From an uncultured Clostridia bacterium (GTDB taxonomy: Bacteria; Bacillota; Clostridia; TANB77; CAG-508), in assembly GCA_944393385.1 (NCBI GenBank), contig CALYAA010000002.1, forward strand, positions 4,274 through 68,273: DNA of 64,000 nt. Reading direction: 5' to 3'. Shown piece by piece: positions 32,087-39,985 of the stretch. A model generated the notes under the pieces. It searched no databases. It was not told the origin of the DNA and worked only from the letters and a program-made list of their open reading frames with translations. The translations under genes and the position numbers were made by a program. The stretch's first letter is position 1. Every line of letters begins with the position of its first letter.

Positions 32087-32308
32087 TTATTCATAGTTAC
32101 TTTTATAGTTAGTTAAATCTGGTTTTTCTACAGCTTCATCTTGTCCAAGTTTAATATAATAACAAGATTTATTATCATATTCTTTTGAGCTAATTTTAAA
32201 CATTGGATTTAAAGCTAATAAAATAGCATTATTATTATCTAATATGTTAATGTTGTTGGCTTGTGGTTCAAAAATGATTTCATTAGCTCCAGCTGAATAA
32301 GTTTTTGC
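32087..32308 (-). pseudogene. Inverted 3' fragment duplicated from the gene at 39010-39609.
   Basis: The reverse complement aligns with 39293-39609, apart from a 96-bp in-frame deletion between agatgaag microrepeats. There is no start codon. Confidence 0.85.
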
Positions 32309-32423
32309 ATTTAAAAATATAAAAATAAAAAACTTTTAATGTTACTAAAATTAAAAAATGTATTTTAAAATCACAAGTTTTTTTGCTATAATATTTATAG
32401 TACTATAAAGAGAGGTGGTAAAT

Positions 32424-32720
32424 ATGCAAAATATAAATATTCAAGAAATGAAACAGCTATGAATAAATATGGAGATATTGTATTAACCAAAAATGATAAA
32501 AATAATGTAATAATTTTAAGTGTATAACAATATAAAGAAAAAATAGAAAAAAATTATTGGTAGCCGAAAAACATATAGGAGAAGGAAAGACAGTTAAAGC
32601 AGTAGATGTATTTAAAGAGTTGGAAGAAAAAAATATTTATAAATATGAATATGAGTTTGATAATGTAAAAGATGATATATTTATAGAACCAGATATAAAT
32701 CAATATGAACCATATATTTA
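32424..32720 (+). pseudogene. Decayed Phd/YefM-type antitoxin gene.
   Basis: Fragments lie in different frames and are broken by stops: MQNINIQEMKQL*, NKYGDIVLTKNDKNNVIILSV*QYKEKIEK, LLVAEKHIGEGKTVKAVDVFKELEEK. No toxin gene follows. Confidence 0.65.
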
Positions 32721-32730
32721 AAAATAAAAC

Positions 32731-32798
32731 GAATGTAAGATTGAAAATACATAAAATTCTTGCATTCGTTTACTTGACACATATGTTGTCAAAATCTC
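32731..32798 (+). repeat. T1 hairpin copy 2 plus the left half of a TTGACA/TGTCAA element (interrupted by the IS).
   Basis: gaatgtaag...cttgcattc at 32731-32766, then ttgacacatatgttgtcaaaatctc at 32774-32798. Confidence 0.85.
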
Positions 32799-34353
32799 CA
32801 GTGGTGAGGAGTAAAAATTTTTCGCAATAAAATGAAATTGTTAAACTCAGCTTAACACAAGATACCTCTTTTATGATAAAATTAAAAAAAAAAAGAATTT
32901 TATCGCAAAGGAGGTATTATGTGATGAACAGAAGATAAAAAAGAAAATTGAAAAAAGAAATTAATATATTTTCAGATGTAGTACAAATTATAAAGCAATA
33001 TTTTCCTCAATTAACAAAAAAATTAAATGAATTAACAGATGTTAGACATAAGAGCTATATAGAATATCAAATGTCTGTAATAACAGTAACAAGACTTTTA
33101 GGACTTTTTTGTGGAATAAAAAGTATGAGAGAAACAACAGAAAAATTAAATACAAAAGAAACAATAAAAAATATTTCAAATTTATTAGAAATAGAATTAG
33201 AAGAACTCCCACACTATGATACAATAAATGATGTATTTGAAAAGATAGATATAAAAGAGTTAAGAAAAATACAAAAATATATGATAACAAAATTAATAAG
33301 AAGTAAAATGTTTGATAAATATAGGTATAGAAATAAGTATTTTCAAATAGTAATAGATGGAACTCGAATGATGTCATTTAAAAAAAGACATTGTAAGAAT
33401 TGTTTAAAATCAACACATAATAAAGGAACTGAAAAAGAATATAGTATATACTATCATTATGTATTAGAAGCAAAATTAGTAGTTGGAGAAATAGTAATAA
33501 GTCTAGATAGTGAGTTTGTAGAAAATGAACATGAAAATGTAGCAAAACAAGATTGTGAATTAAGAGCATTTTATAGAATGGCAGAAAGAATAAAAAGAGA
33601 ATATCCAAAGTTACCAATAATAATATCAGGAGATGCACTTTATGCATGTGAACCAGTAATGAAAATATGTAAAGAAAATAAATGGGAATATATAATACGT
33701 TTAAAAGAAGAAAGATTAAAACAGTTAGGAGAAGAAATAAGAGGATTAGAAGAAGTAGAAACAGAAGATAAGAACATAAGATACTGGAACAATATAAAGT
33801 ATGCAGAAGTAGAATTTGAGAAAGAAGAAGAAAAAACAACAGAATTTATGTGGATTACATCATTAAAAATAACAGAAAAAAACAAAGAAGAAATAGTGTA
33901 TTATGGAAGACAAAGATGGAAAATAGAAAATGAAGGGTTTAATATACAAAAGAATGGAACATTTGATATAGAACATATATATTCGAAGAATTATAATGCA
34001 ATCAAGGCACATTACTTCTTTATACAGTTTGCCCATACAATAAGGCAATTACTAGAAAAAGGAATAAAATATATAAAAGAATTAAAAATGAGTATAAAAG
34101 AAGTAAGTGCCATACTGACCCAAGCACTTACTCAAACAACACAAAATCTAACTGAATATCAAAAAATACAGTTAAGATTTGTTATTAAGTTAAGTATATA
34201 ATAAAAATAAAATAAGTCAAGAGAAATCACAAAAAAAATTATTTGTGATATAGAAATTTATGTGCCTTGAAGAATAAAAATTTAGATTAAATTATCAAAA
34301 ACTTAAAACGAAAAAAATTAACCCAAAATAAAAATTTTTACTCCTCACCACTG
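32799..34353 (+). mobile_element. Insertion sequence, about 1.55 kb, IS4-like (DDE_Tnp_1).
   Basis: Perfect terminal IRs of about 23 bp (cagtggtgaggagtaaaaatttt) at both ends. A 9-bp direct duplication caaaatctc lies at 32790-32798 and 34354-34362. The uninterrupted target is seen at 39920-39959. Confidence 0.9.
32948..34201 (+). CDS. IS4-family DDE transposase.
   Basis: YGRQRWKIENEGFNIQK (the RW.IE..F motif). This is a TTG start. An in-frame ATG at 32924 with a good RBS is followed by a TAA at 32936. Confidence 0.8.
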   Translation: MKKEINIFSDVVQIIKQYFPQLTKKLNELTDVRHKSYIEYQMSVITVTRLLGLFCGIKSMRETTEKLNTKETIKNISNLLEIELEELPHYDTINDVFEKIDIKELRKIQKYMITKLIRSKMFDKYRYRNKYFQIVIDGTRMMSFKKRHCKNCLKSTHNKGTEKEYSIYYHYVLEAKLVVGEIVISLDSEFVENEHENVAKQDCELRAFYRMAERIKREYPKLPIIISGDALYACEPVMKICKENKWEYIIRLKEERLKQLGEEIRGLEEVETEDKNIRYWNNIKYAEVEFEKEEEKTTEFMWITSLKITEKNKEEIVYYGRQRWKIENEGFNIQKNGTFDIEHIYSKNYNAIKAHYFFIQFAHTIRQLLEKGIKYIKELKMSIKEVSAILTQALTQTTQNLTEYQKIQLRFVIKLSI

Positions 34354-34377
34354 CAAAATCTCCGTCCCCATTGACAA
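34354..34377 (+). repeat. Right half of the IS-interrupted TTGACA/TGTCAA element.
   Basis: caaaatctccgtccccattgacaa is identical to 39936-39959. Confidence 0.85.
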
Positions 34378-34551
34378 AATAATAAAATAAAAATTGTATA
34401 AAAAGTCTGTAATGGAAAAATTTTTTACAGACTTTTTTAATTAACTATTCTTATAAAAAATGTAAAATTTTTATTTTTATATTGAAAATATTAGTGCACT
34501 TTGATATACTACAGTAGAATAATGTAAAAAAATATATAAAAAGGGGAAAAA

Positions 34552-36747
34552 ATGTTAGAACTAAAGAAAGTATCTAAATTTTATAATAATGATGGTAATG
34601 TTACTACTGGTTTTCTAAAAGTAGATTTAAAACTAAAAGTTGGAGAATTTGTAATAATTACAGGAGAATCAGGAAGTGGAAAAACAACCTTATTAAATGT
34701 AATATCAGGATTAGATAATTATGATGAAGGCGAAATGTATATAAATGGCAAAGAAACAAGCCATTATAATAGATATGACTTTGAAGAATATAGAAAAAAA
34801 TATATTGCAAATATATTCCAAGATTTCAACTTAATTAATAGTTATACAGTTTATCAAAACATAGAATTAATGATGTTATTAAATGGACATAGTAAAAAAA
34901 ATATAAAAAAGAATGTATTAGAAATAATAGATAAAGTTGGACTAACAAATTTTAAAAACACAAAAGTTTCTAAACTTTCAGGAGGTCAAAAACAAAGAGT
35001 TGCAATTGCAAGAGCAGTTGTTAAAGATACACCAATAATTGTAGCAGATGAACCAACAGGAAATCTAGATACAAAATCTGCTCAAAATGTTATAGAAATA
35101 TTAAAAAATATAGCAAAAGATAAATTAGTAATTATTGTAACACATAATTTAGAGCAATTTGAAAAATATGCAACAAGAATTATTAAAATGCATGATGGAG
35201 AAATTATTGAAAACAAAGAAATAAAAAATGTAGAAGATAACATTAAAATAAAAGAATGTAACAATAAAAATATAAGTTTTAAAAATATAATAAGACTAGG
35301 AATAAGAAATACATTTAATATAAAAACAAAATTTATATTATTATTTTTAGTATTTTTCCTTGTAACCTCTACTCTATTTTTTGAATATTCTAATTTTAAA
35401 TTTGCAGAATACCAAGAATCACTTGATGGAACAAGTATGTATTTTAAAGATATGTCTGAAAATAGAATTTTAATAAAAAAAGCAGATAAAACATCTTTTT
35501 CTCAAGAAGATTATAATAACATTAAAGAACTTTCAAATATAGATTATATAGTAGAAAATGACTTATTTCTTGATTGCAATGTTATGCTAGAAAGAAGTTC
35601 TGTTTATGGAGATATTGATTTTAATTGCAGTATTGAAAGTATAGATTATTTTAAAGAAAAACTAGACATAGGAAAAATGCCAGAAGCAGAAGATGAAATA
35701 ATATTGCAAACTAGTCAAATAAATCAAAAAATAAAAACTTCATTAGACCAAATACTAGATAAAAGATTTTCTATAGGAGATTATTTAAATGGAAGTGCTG
35801 TAAAAAATTTAAAAGTTGTAGGAATCATATTTAACGAAAAAATTGATAATTATGATTCTAAAATCTATGTATCAAATTCAATAATAAAAGAATTAAACTC
35901 ATTTATAAATAAAAAATTTAGTACAACATCTATATTAAAAAATAATGAATATTCAAATGCAGTAGTTTTTCCAAGTGAAAATGTAGAAAAAGGAAAAGCT
36001 GTTGTTAATGAAAATTTTGGAGATAATTTAAATGGAGAAAATTTAACAATTAAGGTAAGCAATATTTATTGTGAAGAAGAATTAAATTTAACAATTAATA
36101 ACACATTTTCTATTAACAATTTTCAAAATTACACAGGATATTCAAATTATCAATTATATGCATATGGAATATTGATAAACAAAGAAGATTATGAAAATTT
36201 ATATAATTTACCAAATTATCAATCTAGTGTTTTTGTAAAAGATATAAATAATATTGATAAAACAATTTCAGACTTAAATAATATAGGTATAAATACAAAA
36301 AGAATAACAGAATATAAAACTGATGATATTAAAACAAATGAACAAATCTTAAAAATTGTAAAAGTAATTGTAACAATAGCACTTATATTTATATTACTTT
36401 TAATATCATATTTTGTTATAAAAATGATATTAAAATCTAGAAATACTTATTATGCAATTTTAAGAATTTTGGGAACAAATTTCAAAACAGAAAAATGGAT
36501 ATTAAATATTGAATTATTAATAGTTTCAAGTTTTGCATATTTAGTAATATTAGCTATTATATATTTATTTCAAACAAATATTATTGTAATTAAATATATT
36601 AATAATCTTGTTAAATTTATAACTATAAAAGAATATATATTTGTTTATATTATTAATTTACTAATAACAGGATATATTTCAATTAAAATATCAAAAAATA
36701 TATTTAAGAAAACAGCAATAAATACTTTTAATGAGGAGGAGATATAA
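34552..36747 (+). CDS. Fused ABC ATPase / FtsX-family permease (MacB-like).
   Basis: GESGSGKTT, LSGGQKQR and ADEPTGNLD motifs at the N-terminus, TM helices, and a large extracytoplasmic domain. Confidence 0.85.
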   Translation: MLELKKVSKFYNNDGNVTTGFLKVDLKLKVGEFVIITGESGSGKTTLLNVISGLDNYDEGEMYINGKETSHYNRYDFEEYRKKYIANIFQDFNLINSYTVYQNIELMMLLNGHSKKNIKKNVLEIIDKVGLTNFKNTKVSKLSGGQKQRVAIARAVVKDTPIIVADEPTGNLDTKSAQNVIEILKNIAKDKLVIIVTHNLEQFEKYATRIIKMHDGEIIENKEIKNVEDNIKIKECNNKNISFKNIIRLGIRNTFNIKTKFILLFLVFFLVTSTLFFEYSNFKFAEYQESLDGTSMYFKDMSENRILIKKADKTSFSQEDYNNIKELSNIDYIVENDLFLDCNVMLERSSVYGDIDFNCSIESIDYFKEKLDIGKMPEAEDEIILQTSQINQKIKTSLDQILDKRFSIGDYLNGSAVKNLKVVGIIFNEKIDNYDSKIYVSNSIIKELNSFINKKFSTTSILKNNEYSNAVVFPSENVEKGKAVVNENFGDNLNGENLTIKVSNIYCEEELNLTINNTFSINNFQNYTGYSNYQLYAYGILINKEDYENLYNLPNYQSSVFVKDINNIDKTISDLNNIGINTKRITEYKTDDIKTNEQILKIVKVIVTIALIFILLLISYFVIKMILKSRNTYYAILRILGTNFKTEKWILNIELLIVSSFAYLVILAIIYLFQTNIIVIKYINNLVKFITIKEYIFVYIINLLITGYISIKISKNIFKKTAINTFNEEEI

Positions 36748-36751
36748 TAAT

Positions 36752-38974
36752 ATGCTAAAGCTCGAAAATGTAAATAAATATTTTAATAAAAACAAACCAA
36801 ATGAAATCCATGTATTAAATAATGTATCTCTTGATTTTGATAAAACAGGACTTGTTGCTATATTAGGTCCATCTGGAAGTGGAAAAACAACTTTATTAAA
36901 CTTAATTGGAGGCTTAGATAAAGTAGATGATGGAGAAATATATATTAATGGCAAAAAAATAACAAACTCACATTCCGATTCAGTTGATAAAATAAGAAAT
37001 TTGAATATAGGATATATTTTTCAAGATTATAAATTAATTGATAATATTTCTGTTTATGAAAATATAGCAATTTCACTTAAAATGATTGGAGAAAAAGATG
37101 AAAGAAAAATAAAGAAAAATGTTCAATATGTTTTAGAAGCTGTTAATATGTATAGATATAGATACAGATTAGCCAAGACATTATCAGGAGGTCAAAAACA
37201 AAGAGTTGCAATTGCAAGAGCAATTATAAAAAATCCAAATATAATTATTGCAGATGAGCCAACAGGAAATTTAGATAGTAAAAACTCAATTGCAGTTATG
37301 GATATATTAAAATCTATTTCAAAAGAAAAATTAGTAATATTAGTAACACATGAAACAGAACTTGCAAAACAATATGCTTCAAGAATTATAGAAATTGAAG
37401 ATGGAAAAATTATAAAAGATTACGAAAATAATAATATTGAAAACTTTTCTAAAAACAATGCAAATTTTGACATTACAAGATTACAAAAAAATACAGCAAA
37501 ATATTGTTCAATATACAAAATTTTTCCATCAATAATAAATGGATTTAAAAAAATAAAAACATATTCTACATTAAAAAAATTATTGATGATAGGATATTTT
37601 GCAACTGCCTTATTTGTTGTATATTCTATAAGTAATATTTTTGGAATTTTAAATATACAAGAAAGTGATTATGCAATACATGATAAAAACTATTTACAAA
37701 TTGATGTAGGACAATTAAGTGTAGATGATTTTTTGAAATATGAAAAAGATGATGAAATAGAATACATATTACCAGGAGATAGTTTAGCAAATTTTCAGTT
37801 ATTATTTGACGATTATCAACAAACAGCAGAAAGTACTTTAAAACTTTCAGCTTCATTATTAGATGTTGAAAATTTAGTCAGCAAGGATATTGTATATGGT
37901 AGATTGCCAGAAAATCAATATGAAGTTGTAATAGATAAATTAGTATTTGATAGAATAGATACCATAGTAGAAGGTAATGAAATATTATCAGATGATGGAA
38001 TCTCTATTGAATTAGGAATAAAAAATGCAAAAGATGTTCTAGATAGGAAATTATCAATAGATAATACGCCAAATTTCACAATAGTTGGAATAACAGATAA
38101 AAATAGTCAGTCTATATATACATATAAAGAAAATTTTATAAATATTTTAGATAATACAAAAGAATTTGGAATGACAATGTCAAATATGCTTTCTAGTAAT
38201 AGTCAAGATAAAAGTCCTGAAAAACTATTAGATTATGAATTATTATCAGATGATATTACTTTAGTTGAAGGACAATTACCTATAAATGATTATGAAACAA
38301 TTGTTAATATATCAAAAAAGAATGATGATATTAATATTAAAGTAAATAATACAAATTTAAAAGTAGTTGGATATTATGAAAGTAAAACAAATAGAATTAA
38401 TTATTTAGTAAATAACAATACAATAAAATATAATCTAATTTGTTCAAATAATACTTTTTCAGTATATACAAATAACAAAAATGAGGCAATAAATAAATTA
38501 GAAAATGATTATGACTTAAATGTAATAGATATATATGAATATGAAAAAGAAAATTATATTGCAAAACAAGAAGATACAGCCAAAACTACTCTTATGTTTT
38601 CAATAATGATACTTGCCATTTCATTAATAGAAATATTTTTAATGATGAGAGCATCATTCTTATCTAGAATGAAAGAAGTAGGAATATTAAGAGCAATTGG
38701 AGTAAAAAAATTAGATATTTGTAAAAAGTTTTTTGGAGAAATAATAGCAATTACAACAATTGCAGGACTTCCAGGAATAATTATAATGACATATATTTTA
38801 AATGAACTTGTTAAAGTTCCTGAAATTTCAAAACTATTTATAATAAACCCATTAGTTTTTGGAATTAGTATTTTAATTATTTATGGAGTTAATATAATAT
38901 TTGGCTTATTGCCATTAATTGATATATTAAAAAATACACCAGCTTCGATTTTTTCTAGGCAAGATATTCAATAA
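36752..38974 (+). CDS. Fused ABC ATPase / FtsX-family permease (MacB-like), paralogue.
   Basis: The ATG at 36752 follows gaggaggag and is coupled to the upstream gene. GPSGSGKTT and LSGGQKQR motifs, with a C-terminal FtsX helix bundle. Confidence 0.85.
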   Translation: MLKLENVNKYFNKNKPNEIHVLNNVSLDFDKTGLVAILGPSGSGKTTLLNLIGGLDKVDDGEIYINGKKITNSHSDSVDKIRNLNIGYIFQDYKLIDNISVYENIAISLKMIGEKDERKIKKNVQYVLEAVNMYRYRYRLAKTLSGGQKQRVAIARAIIKNPNIIIADEPTGNLDSKNSIAVMDILKSISKEKLVILVTHETELAKQYASRIIEIEDGKIIKDYENNNIENFSKNNANFDITRLQKNTAKYCSIYKIFPSIINGFKKIKTYSTLKKLLMIGYFATALFVVYSISNIFGILNIQESDYAIHDKNYLQIDVGQLSVDDFLKYEKDDEIEYILPGDSLANFQLLFDDYQQTAESTLKLSASLLDVENLVSKDIVYGRLPENQYEVVIDKLVFDRIDTIVEGNEILSDDGISIELGIKNAKDVLDRKLSIDNTPNFTIVGITDKNSQSIYTYKENFINILDNTKEFGMTMSNMLSSNSQDKSPEKLLDYELLSDDITLVEGQLPINDYETIVNISKKNDDINIKVNNTNLKVVGYYESKTNRINYLVNNNTIKYNLICSNNTFSVYTNNKNEAINKLENDYDLNVIDIYEYEKENYIAKQEDTAKTTLMFSIMILAISLIEIFLMMRASFLSRMKEVGILRAIGVKKLDICKKFFGEIIAITTIAGLPGIIIMTYILNELVKVPEISKLFIINPLVFGISILIIYGVNIIFGLLPLIDILKNTPASIFSRQDIQ

Positions 38975-39009
38975 ATATAAATTTTTAATAAAAAGAGAGG
39001 AAGTTATAA

Positions 39010-39609
39010 ATGAAAAAGAAAATTGTTTTTTTAGTTATTTTAATAATTGTTGCATTAATAGCAGTAATATTTTCATGGAGGTTGATTACATTAAATAAAA
39101 TTAAAAAATTAAATGAAGAGAGTATAAAAATTTCTAATTTATATTTTATAGAAGAAAATAGTAATTCTATAACAGAATTTTGGAAAAAAGATAATATTAT
39201 AAAAGAAAATATAAAACTTGTATTAGGAGATAATAATATAACATTTTGGGAAAACTTTGATAATAATGAAAGTTATACAATATTCAATAATACAAAAACT
39301 TATTCAACTGGAGCTGATGGAATAATTTTTGAACCACAAGCCAACAACATTAACATATTAGATAGTAATAATGCTATTTTATTAGCTTTAAATCCAATGT
39401 TTAAAATTAGCTCAAAAGAATATGATAATAAATCTTGTTATTATATTAAACTTGGACAAGATGAAGCTTATATAGATAAAGAATATGGTATGGTATTATA
39501 CAATAAAAGTGAAGAAAATGAAATAACAGTAAAATATACTGTAAATACAGTAACAGATGAAGATGTAGAAAAACCAGATTTAACTAACTATAAAAGTAAC
39601 TATGAATAA
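39010..39609 (+). CDS. Membrane-anchored protein, possibly LolA-fold/DUF4367-like.
   Basis: N-terminal TM helix. The C-terminal pattern ...KSCYYIKL...AYIDKEYGMVLY...YTVNTVTDEDVEKPDL resembles that family from memory only. Confidence 0.55.
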   Translation: MKKKIVFLVILIIVALIAVIFSWRLITLNKIKKLNEESIKISNLYFIEENSNSITEFWKKDNIIKENIKLVLGDNNITFWENFDNNESYTIFNNTKTYSTGADGIIFEPQANNINILDSNNAILLALNPMFKISSKEYDNKSCYYIKLGQDEAYIDKEYGMVLYNKSEENEITVKYTVNTVTDEDVEKPDLTNYKSNYE

Positions 39610-39619
39610 ATATAATTTC

Positions 39620-39653
39620 AGATGGAGGAGATATTTTTGTATCTCCTCCATCT
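39620..39653 (+). terminator. Stem-loop terminator.
   Basis: Perfect 13-bp stem agatggaggagat / atctcctccatct. Confidence 0.7.
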
Positions 39654-39919
39654 ATAGTAGTCTTGGCAATTTTCCTGCTCGACATAGATCGTTCCTGTAT
39701 ATTACAAAATAATTGATTAATTAACAATCAAATATTAACTTTTGGAATTATTATAATAAAAAAAATAGGAATTTATTTTGCTCAAATTAAAAATTGTATT
39801 TTAAAATTATAAGTTTTATGCTATAATATTTATATTATTGTAAAGATAAGTGGTAAATATGCAAAATTAAGTTAGTGTAAAATTAATGTAGGCAAAATAT
39901 AAAAAATGCCTACATTTAC

Positions 39920-39959
39920 TTGACACATATGTTGTCAAAATCTCCGTCCCCATTGACAA
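39920..39959 (+). repeat. Intact TTGACA-catatg-TTGTCAA-aatctCCGTCCCCa-TTGACAA element.
   Basis: Read directly from the sequence, 26 nt upstream of the priA start. The same element is split by the IS at 32774/34377 and occurs inverted at 46264-46313. Confidence 0.9.
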
Positions 39960-39985
39960 ACTAAAACATAAAGAGGAAAAAGAAT

